From the NCBI GenBank assembly GCA_976226885.1, contig OZ320315.1:97154001-97218000 (forward strand): a DNA stretch of 64,000 nt, read 5' to 3'. The translations under genes were made by a program, and so were the position numbers. A model generated the notes under the pieces. It saw nothing but the letters and a program-made list of their open reading frames with translations. It did not search any database and was not told the DNA's origin. Each line of letters starts with the position of its first letter. Position 1 is the first letter of the stretch. This stretch comes from Iphione sp. A-MEVVRFRX5. Taxonomy: Eukaryota. Below are positions 36,920-49,918 of this stretch, one piece after another.

Positions 36920-37730
36920 CATTCTTGCTGGTAATAATATCATCCAAATACATATTACCAGTGATGCCCTCTCTGCCGCAATATGTTGCATATGGTTGGC
37001 AGAACATCTTGATCCAAACGGGATAGCTGTATCAAAATAATACTGCCGCTCCCATCTGAATCCTAGAAGCGGCCAATCAAGGGGGCAGGTGGCAAGATTC
37101 CTGTAAGCTCTGGCTATATCTAACATTGCTAGGTAAGGACTCCCTCCCATCTGTCTGATATTAGTTGATAGGGCTTGTATCCAGAGCCATATTTTTCCCT
37201 ATATGGGCGTTGACAGAGGTCTCTTCTGGAACAAACACATCAATTGTTGAGTGGGACGCGGGCGCCCAGGAAACTGGCTGGAACAAACATATCAATTGTT
37301 GAGTGGGACGCGGGCGCCCAAGAAATTGGGGTGGCCAGTGATAGCCGCCCTGGAGTAGATGTCCACCAGGTGAGCCAGAAGGGACCGTCGTATGGTGGGC
37401 CAGGTTGCTGTCCGATGCGTCAAGGGCAACGGTGAACCAGGGAAGGATCGGTGCCTCTTGTGTGTAGACATCCTGAATGCTCAAGCCTGTCATCCGCGCA
37501 AGCGTGTCGTCTTGATCGGGGTCGGCGTGTGTCCTGCAGAGGAGGGGGTGGGCCGACTAGTCCCTGTGCTGGGCGTTTTTCACCATGTATTGTAGAGGAA
37601 ACATGGCACATCAGTGGGGTCTGTCTCTTGGTGCCCCTGCAGAGGGACAGTGAGCCCTCCTTCGTTAACCTGTTGGATCACTGCCAGCGACCACTTGCGA
37701 ACATCGGACCACCTGTACGAGATAGTCCAG
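36920..37730 (-). mobile_element. DIRS-type remnant (gag fragment + RT)
   Basis: WSDVRKWSLAVI..PCFLYN (gag). LDIARAYRNL..YFDTAIPFGSR..YLDD (RT). Confidence 0.8.
37232..37330. repeat. ~52-bp tandem duplication
   Basis: GGAACAAACA(C/T)ATCAATTGTTGAGTGGGACGCGGGCGCCCA occurs twice. Confidence 0.85.
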
Positions 37731-38147
37731 GAGGAGGGTTTCGGTATGACATAACTGATGCCAGGTCGTATGAAAAATAATGATTAGCTGCATTTATTTC
37801 CTGAGTAAAAACACAAAGAAATTATTATCAAAATCATTGAACATATTATGCAAAGTCACGGACAATTGTATGTGTGCTGAAACATGTAAAAGGGTGCATC
37901 TACAGAAATCATGATATGGTCAAACCCTGTAAAACTCTCAGCTGCTTTATTTCATGCATACCAACACCAACATTGTAATCATGTCAAATGCTACTCAGAA
38001 ATCATGAACAATAGTCATGGTAATAGAAATGATTGAAGTCGCAGACAAATATATGTCCGCTATTCAAATCGCGGACAACTAAAGGTCCACTATCAAATTA
38101 AAATGTCAATTCTCTGCAAGAAACATCACGTTAAATTACAGGGCACA

Positions 38148-38674
38148 TCACATGTCCTGATAGTTCCTGCCGATCTGACTGCATTGATTGTACAGGTCTG
38201 CATCACCGAACATATCCTGAGAAGCTCCCTCGTGTACGAGTTGCTCCCATGGGCCTGGAGTTGGTGGAGTCTGCACCCAGTAGCTTGACGGGACAGGTGT
38301 GGCAGATGATGGATATGCAGGTGTACTGTGCCCAGATCTTTCAATGTAGTAAACCATCTGTGCCAACTGTATTTGAAGCAATGCCCTCTGTTCTTCTTTC
38401 AGTTTTTTGAAAGGGGGTGTAAAAGAGGCCCAGAACATCCAGGCATCACTCTTCCTCCATCTTGCTTCTGGAGCAACTCCAAGCGCTGCACACTTTCTTC
38501 TCTCCTCCTGCCCTCTGCCGCTACGAATCCCTGCATGGCAGCAGTGAGACCATCTTCCTCACCTTGGTCTTTTTTCTTCCTGCTCTTTCTCTCCAACTTG
38601 CCATCTGGTGAAGCCGACCTCTTCCCAGTTGGCTTCTTGATCAGCTCTGGAGTAGAAGCCATAACAGGTGTCCT
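38148..38674 (-). pseudogene. BESS-motif-like protein exon (MADF/BESS or PIF/Harbinger ORF2 type)
   Basis: Acceptor ttttacag at about 38675, basic linker KRSASP..RKSRKKK, then (frameshifted) FWASFTPPFKKLKEEQRALLQIQLAQMVYYIE, which is BESS-like. Confidence 0.45.
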
Positions 38675-39124
38675 GTAAAAGAGCGTGTGTAAAAGAGAGT
38701 GTGTTTATATACGTGACAACATGTGTCACATGACCACCACATGACCACCGCCTCGCCCCTGTTATGTAATGAAAACCCCTCCGGAGTCTGTGCTGTGGAA
38801 AAATTTATGGCCCGGGGCCATAAACGGTCTCCGGACTCCAGCACACAGAACACGTAGGGGGCCAAACCCGTATACATGGAAACACTCGCTCTCATAACCG
38901 TTATGCCGTTTTTTTCCATGTTCACGCACACATGCTCCAGACGCGTTTTCTGTATGCATGGAAAGCCAGCCTTATACATGTATATGGTCGCCAGAATGGA
39001 ACCATTTTCTGCTTAACCAGATCATAGATCGGCATACCTTTTGTCTTGTGAAAGCTTATGGCCTCCGCTTGCATTGAAAGGATGCGTTTTTCCTTAGATA
39101 TGCATTCACTGAGCTCTCGTCTGG

Positions 39125-39635
39125 AAATGAGAGGTAATTGATGATCCGGTGGCTGCCTGCCTCCTCTGTCGGTCTGGGAAATGAGGGGTGAGACGTGCAC
39201 AAAATGTGGGTAGGGCGATGGGCCACAGACAGCACTGTGTTAGCGTTCATCAGCAATAAGAGAGTAACCTGGTTATAGGTATGCCCTTGCAGATGGGTGG
39301 TTTTCCATTCTCCTGGTGTCCCTTACAACGACAAACGCCCTTATGCACTGGAGGTTTTTATTGCTGAGAGGAACATGAGTCAAACAATGAATGTCTTCAT
39401 GGACTCTAGGTAGTACAAAATCACCCTGGCACATGATCCCAGGACCGGATCCCTGGATCTTCTGGATCTCAAGACCTCGACTGTGGCAGGGTTGTCACAG
39501 ACCAATAGGAAGTGCCCTGCCTTGGTGCTCGCTGGTGACGAAGGTCTGGACTGCAGCCATACAATTTACCGCCTCAAGCTGTGAGGTGTGGTGTGAGGCT
39601 GCAAACTGCTGTGGCCAGTCGAAGGCATAGAAGGG
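39125..39635 (-). mobile_element. DIRS RNase H/YR-start fragment (host of the Ngaro C insertion)
   Basis: FYAFDWPQQFAASHHTSQLEAVNCMAA parallels HHISQLEAINCLLA at 58164-58535. Confidence 0.7.
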
Positions 39636-41140
39636 ATAAATTCCCTTTGACACCCTAACCAGAAAGGTAGTCATCTTGGATCTGACGTAAGGCGAGATTA
39701 AGGGAAATAATAAACACAAGTCTGTGTTCAAATAGAGCCAGGCGAGTGCTGCCCCGTTTATTAACAAAGAAAAATTCAAACAAGTGAAGAGCAGTTGAGA
39801 TAAACATATGTAGCGAGTCGTCCTCTGGTGTTTACTTCGAATTATACGCAATATTAAAAATACGCTAGGCATAATTCCTGTCGACACCCTAACTGGAAAG
39901 GTAGCCATCTTGGATCTAACGTAAGGTGCGAATAGAACCAGGCGAGTGCTGCCAAGACCCAGTGTATTAGAAGGAGGCGACGAAGTGAGCATCGACCTGC
40001 AGTCTGTGAAAGGGAGGAGCCACAAGGTATGCTAGGACCGACATTGGTGCCCAGTCTCCAGCAGCACGGATATCCTTGAACGCCATTTCAAGATGCATGT
40101 GGGTGGCCGCACCTCTATGTAAGCTGTGGAAGCCAATGTCTTGGGGCCTTCAACCGACCCTGCCAGCCAACAGCTTGAGCCAGCGCAGTGCGGTCAGATA
40201 GGGGAACTGACTGCCCCCCCCCCCCCCTAATAAACAGCAAATCCGAGGGAGAACCGGGGTAGGTAGCAATGTACTTGGATAGCCAGTGGGCTGCACACAG
40301 GGCCTTTAAGGTGCAGTGTGCCAGAGGAATACAAATCACTTTTTGTTAAAATTGTATAGTCTTGGTTACATGAACACTGAGTAATACACTGTAGGAGGTG
40401 AAGGCGACGTCCCCCTGGGTCAGAGGGTGGAATTCTGTATCCCTGGTTTGATTTCCCGAGTAGGCTATGGAAGCACAAGCAGATAGTGGCCCAGGACAAC
40501 CACTGGTCGGGGTCTTGGAGGTTTACATGAGAAAACATGGTGAGGAGATGAGATGGAAAGAGGGGCGACTTGAAATTTACTTGGCAGCCCAGCTTGCATT
40601 TCAACCCACGGAGCAGAAACTGGATGCTGGTGACGTCCCTGACGTTGTGGGGTAGTTTACCGCATTTATGCATCCAGGCTATCCCTGAGAGATAGTTGTT
40701 GATGGTTGAGAAGGACAGGTTGGTAGAGAGATAAGCCAGGAACCTCGCCACGGTGAGGCGAGGCAGGAAGCGCTATTAGATCGTAGTCAAAGCAGAAAGT
40801 TGAGAACCTGCACCATTGAGACGTCCTTGTCTTGTTGGTCATAGCTGCGAAAGGCCCTGGATTCCAGGAATGTGCATCTCGTCGTCAACAACCTGTAGAC
40901 CTGCAAGACAAGGACCTGGCTAGGCCCATCGAAGCGTAGCATGACAAGGCATCTGCTTTAATGCTGGCTTTTGTGGGAATGTGTCAGGCCGTGTTGTGAA
41001 AGTTGTATTGTGCGGATATCCAGAAAACCTGCCTCAATACCATCATGCAGACCGGATCCCTGGACGTCCCAGAGTTAATGAAATATTTCAGGCCCATATT
41101 GTCAGTGTACAGTAGGACATGCCTGGAGCCGCAAGGGGGT
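39636..41140 (-). mobile_element. Ngaro/PAT-like element C, 3-prime half: RNase H end, YR, B1-A2-B2
   Basis: RH LLYTDNMG..RDPVC. YR 40115-40751 (STINNYLSGI, K.PLFP). B1 39871-39955, A2 about 39780-39870, B2 39636-39755. Confidence 0.85.
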
Positions 41141-41150
41141 CCCCACCTAA

Positions 41151-42260
41151 TTCTTTTTTTTGTATTCAATTCTTTTACCTGGCAGTCCTGTCTGGTACCA
41201 GGATTTTACAATAAGTAGAGCGTTCCTTTTCAATGTGCTATATACAGTAGCTGGTATATACAGTATTTACAGGTATATGTACATATTTACAGGATGATGA
41301 TGATGAGGAGGAAACGATGTTGGGCAGTAACAGAGTTGTCAGCTGAAAGGGACTATTTCTCCTTAAGATGCTTGGTAAACAACAGTTTCTTATGTTGTTG
41401 CTTGAAGATTTTCTTGGACATGATTTTGTAATGATGTTCAAGATCATTCCAGATAGTTGTTGCTTTATAGATTGGGTTGTGTTTGAAGTTGCAAACGTTC
41501 GGTTTAATTGTTGGGATCCGGGCAACTCTGGCAGAGATTTCATTGTATTTTGATGAGAGGTAATTGAAAAGGGTGCATACCACAAAGTAGGAGCTTCTAA
41601 CACGGAAAGGCGGATTATTTTCTCTACTCATAATACTGGCACATTCACCATTGCTACAGTTCCATACGATTTTAATAGCTTTATATAGTTGATCCTCAAG
41701 TTTTTGGAACAGACTGCAATTGTGATTTTGTATCGAGCCAATGCCATATTCTAGATTTGGTAGGAAGTATGATTTGAACACCAGAGCAGCTGTTTCCTTG
41801 TCTGTTTGTCGTCTGATAGTTCTCAGTAAATTTAGGAGGCTATATGATTTCCTTAACTTATGTTGTAGCTCATTAACCAACAGAAGGTGGGAGTCTAATG
41901 TAAAGCCCAGATATTTGTATGTGCTTACTTGTCTGAGACGTCTGTGATTAATTGTGATTCCTATGTTTGATTTACGGAATTTGCTATGATTAGTAGTGAA
42001 CAGCATTGCCTCGGTCTTGGTCCAGAACAGATAGCTCCAGTGTTAGTAGATGCTCAACTTCTTCGGGAGTATCACTTGCATATAATATTACTGTGTCGTC
42101 TGCATACACTATACAGCGACATTTCTTGAAGCAGGGAGTACTATCATTATTGAAGAGGGTGAACAATACTGGCCCGAGGATACTACCCTGGAGCACTTCA
42201 AGCCTTATATCAGTTTTACTTGACTTTACATAGTTGACCTTTGTGTTTGATATGATTTTT
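41151..42260 (-). mobile_element. LINE K, 3-prime fragment (RT) with poly(A)
   Basis: T-run at about 41151-41162. QGSILGP, YADD, YKYLG, C-terminal WNDL. Confidence 0.85.
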
Positions 42261-42317
42261 TACCTTTTCCCTTATATAACGGGATTACAGTGTCAGATTT
42301 CCAGGGACTGGATATAA

Positions 42318-45300
42318 TTTTTTTAAATCTTTATTTTCACTGGAGCAATATACATTAATGTATGTACATCCAGTATCTAACATAATTACCTTATAAATTA
42401 GATGTGGTGGGATGAGATGAAATTTTGATCGCGAAAGTTTGATGATAGGCAAATTCCATATACTTTAAACATCAAACAACAGCTTTAGTGTTACACTACT
42501 GGCGCAGCGGCTTTACCCCATGCACACATATCTGCATATTTACACAAATTCTCTTATACACATACATATATTTACTGTAGACACCTGGGCTTTACCCCAA
42601 GTGTCTTCTCACTAATGATAGATTACAGAAACCGTGTCTTTCACATCTATATCAATACAGCCAAGACGGAAGCAGGAGCTTTGCCCCATGCTTCCTTAAC
42701 CATGGGCACAGGCTTTTCCTAGTGCCTCATTGTACATCATACGATAAGAAGTACTCGCATCCCAAACCTTTTATATGCTTGAGATATTCAGACCTTCGTA
42801 GAGTTGTTACATGCACAGGTAAATTACACCATAATTGTTTTGCAACATAACCAATTGACCTACGAAACCTCTCCTTCTTGGGTCTATCATTAAATCACGC
42901 CTCAGGTTATTCCTGGTTATTCTGTGGTGCTCGATATCTTGTGCTACATCATAAGCTATTTTTCATAACTTGAAATTCCTAGTCTCCAAGAAGTCCGCTG
43001 TTACCTCCACTTTATTATAACCTTTATATCCAAAAGCACAATTTATTATTGCTTTTCGAATGGCCATCAGGCATAAGCAGGATTTTGACCTATCATTTGT
43101 ATGTATGATAGAGGCATAGTCCATTATTGGTAGTATCATTACCCTTGCTACCCGCACCGCAGCAGCCCTATCTAATAAGTAACGAATTTTCCTGAAGTAA
43201 TAAAGTTTCGGTATCACTTTTTTTGCAAGGCGTCTGCATGCGGTGCTCATGGTCAAGTTCTCATCTAGTACAACCCCCAAGTATTCAGCTTGAGGGGCTA
43301 TACCAATGACACCATCACCGAACAATACTGTAGCCCCCAGGGGGTGGGCCCCTCTCCTCCTATAGCTGAAATATACAGCTTTTGTCTTTTGTCTATTTAC
43401 CAATATTCTCGTGCGATTAGCCCATTTCATAAACAGATCCCCTAATTTTTCAGTATTCGCAATAAGGTCTGCATCAGTACCTCCACTTACCACAATCGCT
43501 ACATCATCCGCATACATATAACATTCATAGCATGGCAGATAATTCGGCAGATCATTTATCAATACCAGGAAGAGAAGGGGCCCCAATATTGACCCCTTGG
43601 GGACTCCACAGCTTATCACACCAACATCAGACTCACTGTTGTTACAAGTAATATACTGTTCCCTGTTGCACAGATACTCCCTTACACGGAGTAAATTTTT
43701 CCCAACTACTCCTAATTTGGTCAACTTGTATAAAAGAACAGAGAGGTCCACTGAGTCGAGCGCTTTCTTGAAATCGACGAAAACCCCCAACACTTTCCTA
43801 CCGTTGTTTAGACTTTGGTGAATCTTGTCTGTTAAGGCTCGCATCGCTGACTCTGTAGAGCACCCTGGCCTGAAACCAAATTGTCTGGGACTCAACAGAC
43901 CTCTTCCGTTCAAGTATGAATATAACTGGGAATGCACCACCTTTTCTATCACTTTGGATAGAATACTTATAGGCCTATAATTTCCGATATCTTGTTTATT
44001 TCCTCCCTTCTATAAGGGTACTACGCGAGCTAACTTCCAGTCCTGAGGAAATTCACCCGTCTGAAAGTTCTGGTTAAACAGATTCACAAATGTATCCCCG
44101 GACTCTAACATAATTCTTTTTATATGCTTGACTTGGATATCACCCACCCGAGATGGTTTGTTATTCTTTAGGGAGTTTATTATTTTATACACATCCAGAA
44201 TTTTTGCACTAAAATCTTCGGTCATAGTTACTGCCGCCCTATTTAACCCAATCGCTTCTATATTCTCGGCACGGATAGTCTGAAGTATATTCTTACCAAT
44301 AACCAGAAAAAAGTTGTTTATTTCATTAGGTACATCAGTCCCACTTACTTTAATACCCGAGATCAATAAATTTATCTCTTGTTTTTTTGGTTTTACAAGA
44401 CCCAGATGGTGTTTCAAACTATGCCAATATTTCCCACTATCCCCTACATATTCCTTTAGTGCAGTCATTACATACACACGCTTTGCTCTTCGTATTTGTC
44501 TATTTACTACTTTCTTTTCACCCTATAATTTAACCAAATATCAACCGGTTTTGTCTTACGTGCTTTTCCTTATAGGGTTATATTTGTCATAGACTGTTAG
44601 TATGAGTGCCTGAATGGCAATCCATGTTCCATTTACACCCAGCCCCTTGGTACTTAATACTTCAATTCCGTTTCTTACATCGTTAAAACTTTTAGTTCCC
44701 TTCTCCGTTTATAAGTCGGTGTAAATCGTTCATAGTTTTCAGCTAGTGTGCACATAATACTTCAGTGATCCGTGAAAGAGGCATCAGCAGACTTTACATC
44801 TGCTATCATATTATCAGTGTTCGTTATGAGCAAGTCTATGGTACTACTAGTCCTAGCTGTCACACGAGTTTGATCCCTAACCAATTGACAAGCTCCCATA
44901 TCAAAAATGAACTTCTCTAATCTTTCAAAGGCAGGAGTTAATTTACCATAGTCTACATTCAAATCCCCCATCATTATAAAATTTGCTAATGAGGGAGTTA
45001 TTCTTTTTTAATATTGTCGCTATCATTTGCAAGGTTCGATCTAAATTCCCCCTTGGCGGGCGATAACATCCTGTACAATAAATATTTGTATTTGAAACTC
45101 GCAACGTCACCACTATATATTCACCATCATGGTCAGCGAAACACATCTCATCAGATACACTAACTGTGGACAACACAGTCATCTTAATGTAAGCTATCAT
45201 CCCCCCCCCTCCCCTTCGTATATTAGTACAATAGTATATCTAGTATACCATCTGGTATACTTTTGTTTAACCAGGATTCGGCCACAAAACAAATGTCAAT

Positions 45301-48080
45301 GTTATGTGTATTCAAAAAATAAACAAAGTCATCCCAGTTTCGCAATAGGCTGCGCACATTAAGGTATGTTATTAACAACATTTGTTACAACAACATCTTG
45401 ATCCACTGCCTAGTATGAATAAGATTGAAATAATGACTGAAAGAAAAATTGCTGAAAAGCAAAAAAGTGACATCAAATTTTGATATTAAGAAATTTGGAC
45501 GATTAATATAACAATCTATCATGGGATCAGTTGCGCCAAATCTTGAACTGCATGGGCTCTATCTACAAAGTTTCATAAAGCCGACTGAGATACCGACACA
45601 TAATGCGTGACATGACATAGCTGTAATGTCTAGTTAGATGCACACCATCTCAAAGCCTATTATACTTATGCCTGTAGTGTTGATTCTCCCTCTTATGTAC
45701 AATAGCAAAGATCGGCACCGTGTACAGGCCTTGGCTACTATTTTCGCATCTAATGAGCCAATTTAGGTACAACACACAAGCATTTATTATCCGCTGAAAA
45801 ATCAACTGACTGCTTTTCCATACTTGAAAACCAAATCTATGTTTTAGTCATGGTAAAACATGCTAAACATTGATGAGATAACTAGAGTGGTGCCCACTGC
45901 TGCTAGTTCAGCACGAGCATCACGCACCTCATTTTCAAACAAATCTTTTAATGCGGTCTTACCCTCCTGCGCAGTCAGTGATCTAGTACATACCATACCA
46001 GTGGGCAGTCCTGGGTCCACTCGAGCAAATTTGTACAGTTTTGTTATATCAGATATACCAGCAAGTACCACTAGGAATCTAATCCTGTACCTATACTGAT
46101 AACAAAAATTCACTCCTACCTTAATAGCGGATCCCAGTCAAGCCCCTGGCATCACAATTACCCTAGCGCCATAGTACGACATATTTGAAAAGTCCTCCAC
46201 AAAGTCCCTTCCATGACTGTTCGTCATGATCCTAAATATGGTAACATGATCGTATTCCATCATATATAACGAGGCCTCTTAGATACAGGAAAACCCAAAG
46301 GATAGAAAACAGATAAGGAAACAATAGATAACATAGGATTTAAACATTGTCAATCACAAATGCAAAAATATACAATAAACAGACATAAATGCGAAATATT
46401 CATCACAACACAGAGGAAAAACATTCTTATTTGCCCCTGATGTCATTGCGCACTAGTGTCAGTAGACGCCCATAATGGTTGTGCCCCTTATAGGCATATC
46501 GTTCCTTTTTAGACGAGGTTGGTGGCACTCCAGACCCCCAGTAATTGTCACCAGACAAAATCACTATTCCGATGTCACCTGTTGCTAGAAGATCGTCCCG
46601 GGATCTTTTGTCTTGCTGGAATTTCTCCCTCAATATTGCACGAAGGACCGACAGCTTAGCAGAATCCCATGCCTTGGTTACAGGAATCTTCTTGCTCAAC
46701 TTACTTATCTTCATAGAGCTTGCTGCCTTTTTAATGTTTGCCCCCAGCCTTTCCTGCTTCGATTGCATAGCAGCCTCGTAGTGGAAAACGTGAGCGGCAG
46801 ACCTAAAATAAGATCCGTGCCACATTAGGTGTTCATCTTAACCATATGCAAGTCTTGACCCCTTCAGTTCAATAAAACACAATTTCTCGACACCAGCTGG
46901 TGAACCAACAGAGGATGCAGGTGAATTTACCTTACTATCCTCTGCAGCGACCTCAGTCTTGTAATTCGGTGTCGATATTGTAGGGTTGACGACAGAAGAC
47001 AAATTATTACTTACTTCTGAACTCAATGCAGAGTGTTCATCCGGCACAGGCACCAGTGTCACGGAAGGTGAGGTGGCAGTGTCTGTGCTCACTGTTACAC
47101 TGGCATCGGAGCTCGGTGCGCACTGGTGCGTGTCGGAGGGCAGGGTCGGGGAGCCCGAACAGCCTGCCACACTGACATTCTGGTCCGAATCTCCGGCACC
47201 CACCCCCCCGTCCACGACGGCTTGCACCATGCCAATGGACACATCCATTGCCTGCTCCCCCTCAGACATGGGGTCTCTCGATTTAGTCGCCTCACTAGCT
47301 GCCCCCTTGATGCGGTCTTGACGGTCCTGGGAGGGCGGTCTGCACTGCATTTTCTTGAGACGATCTGCCTGGCCTGTTCCCGTTGGAGCGGGGTGTAATC
47401 GTTGTTTATCCAAACATCCTGTCCATGTAATCGCCTTTTGGCACCCATGACTGCCTCTTTAGTGCTGGTTGAAGTAAACCGTACAAAAATACCTCTCACC
47501 CCACCAGCATTTTGCCGGTTGGTCCTATAGGTCCTAATCACATTCACATTTATAGACTTGCACATATCAAGTACAGTCCTAACTACGTTTTCTCCCAGCC
47601 TCTCTGTGAGACCTATGTAAATATTATTTTTCCGTAGCAGTCTGTCCATCATCTCGCATTTCTTCTGAAGAGCTGATAGGTTACCACTACTCGTTATACC
47701 CACAACCTGCCCTTGCAAGGCAGAGTTATGTGTCTCTAAATCATCCATACGCTTATTCATGGCTGTGACATCATTACAGAGGTCAGCAATGTCTGTGGTA
47801 TTTTGCCTTACCAAATCAGAAAGTTCACTGATGTTATTATCACATATCAGAATCGAGTCCATCTTACCGTGAAGTTCCTTGTCTCTTTCTTTAAGTGATT
47901 CATCTCGTAGCTGTATCTCATCCAAGATTCTATCCAACCTTCTCAATATATCCCTGTCAGGCTTTGGAATCGTCCCGGCACTACCCTTTGACAGATCTTC
48001 TTCCAACACTTGTATTTTCAAATCACGGTCCAAAGGACTGATCTTTCCTTTTCTCACCAGGGAGACTGTTATTTGAACCG
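42318..48080 (-). mobile_element. LINE L, near full length: ORF1, Ser/Thr linker, NADAR, SGNH ORF, EN-RT
   Basis: AATAAA/poly(A) at about 42318-42337. RT 42963-43952, EN 44762-45200, SGNH about 45844-46260 (TNSHG, AGISDI), NADAR 46427-46880, ORF1 46838-48057. Confidence 0.9.
46427..46880 (-). pseudogene. Divergent NADAR domain of LINE L ORF1
   Basis: FRSAAH..W..LRAILREKFQQD..LLATGD..SGDNYWGSG..GHNHYGRLLTLVR. One in-frame stop upstream of the 132-aa ORF. Confidence 0.8.
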
Positions 48081-48099
48081 ACGGGTGTAGAACCTAGGT

Positions 48100-49665
48100 C
48101 CTGACCATCGCCTACACCTTGTAAATCCCTGCCTGTTGCCATTTTTGCAATTTCACAGTGCCCAGATAGTGAAGGTACTTGACACATCTATTCCTATGTA
48201 CGGTTGCTGTTGCCACCACCGGCTTCCTATTATCGTTCACTCCTAGGTTTTAAAATCGCTTATCCTCCTTGAATACTCCTTTTGGAGTCTCAACAACAAT
48301 TTATATCCATTAGATACACTTTTACACCCTCGATGCGTACATATTCTAATCTTCTCGCCTCTCCGGCTCTCCGCACATTCAAGAAATAGCACCAACAGCA
48401 CAGGGTCACAACCTCACACCGCCATGACAGAAAAACAATGTTTGCAGATAGTATACAGTTTATTAGGTGACAGAACTGGTTTGATAATACTAACAAATAC
48501 TGTATTGCAATAGGCTAATCCACTTGGTTTGTGCTTATTCATCATGTTAATGATTCTAATGTCAGTAGTCTGTACATGCTTGAGTGATAGACTAGAGGAA
48601 ATATTAGGTACCCAAAACGTTATCAATGGATTATCAAGATCATAATCTGAAGCACTTATGGTTGCAAAATGGGCGTTAAGCCTGTTTACAGAGTCTTCGG
48701 TTGATAGTACATTGCTCTGACTATTCAGAATTATTGAATCCTTACTCTTTGTTTTACCCAAGAGACCATTTATTAACTTCCTGTACTTCCGTGTATTGTC
48801 TTTATTTTCTACCCACTGCTTGAAATATCTTGATTTGTCTGTCATAGGATTCTTGTTCACCTCTAAACGTAATTCATTTGCTCTGGAGAATAGTGATTTG
48901 CTCCGAAGTCTGAATGCTGCTTTATACATTTTATTCTTAGTTGATATAAGCTTTCTGGTACTGTCACTTAGCGATTGTTTATTTTGATTGGAGTTGCATG
49001 AGATTTTCTCCGGCTAGATTTCGTTAAGGGAGTTTTTAATAAAAAATTCTAGTATCGTCCAGAGATAATTTGGGTCTCTTTCCATATAATAACGAGACCA
49101 GTCATATTCATCCCCTAACATGACCAATTCTTGGTTATGTCTAGCTGTCCATGGTCGGTATTTTGTGCTGGCTATTGGATCTCTCCTCAGAGGGGATGGT
49201 ATCTCAACTAGAATACTGTGGTGGTCGCTAATAGTGGCCCCTGTGATTACCTGGGAAAGACCAAAATTGTTGAAGAGATGGACTAAATTATGATAATCCT
49301 TGCTTCTTTTTAGGGCATCTATATTGAAATCCCCTAATATAATTGCCTTACTTGAGTCCTGAAAAATTGTTTCCAACTTTACATCCAGCATATCTAGCAT
49401 CACATCTACATTGCGCCGCGGTTGCCTGTAGACTGCTCCTACATCTATAGTGTCATTATTCAATAGGATCTTCACCCACAATGCTTACATCTAGATCTGT
49501 AATCGTGTCATGGGTTATGTTCTTCTTGATGTAGATGGCCAGTCCACCTCCTCTCCGGTTGCATCCGTCATGCCTTAGTACGGTATAGTGTGGAATTGAT
49601 ATTGTTGCATTTGGGATAATATCATTTAACCAAGTTTCAGATATTATGATTATATCTGGGCTATT
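48100..49665 (-). mobile_element. LINE C ORF2 (EN C-terminal part and linker, RT mostly deleted), split by LINE D
   Basis: SPDIIIISETWL, RRGGGLAIY, GDFN, ISDH in ORFs 49456-49695 and 49014-49481. Confidence 0.8.
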
Positions 49666-49918
49666 AATTGAATTGAAATTGAAAATTGAAAACATGTTTA
49701 TTCACTGCTCAATGTAATTCTACGAAATACATCGAGATATTCCCGTGAATGGTGAAAGAAATAACAGGGTGGTGAGAGAATAAAAAAGAAAATTAGATAA
49801 GGGAAAAAATGATGTTAATTTGAGAGTCAGTAGATTTATACATTTCAATTCTGAGGAAGAGGATTCGGTAGTAATTTACACAGTGACGATCAGGCTAGAT
49901 ACCCAATCATTTTGATCT

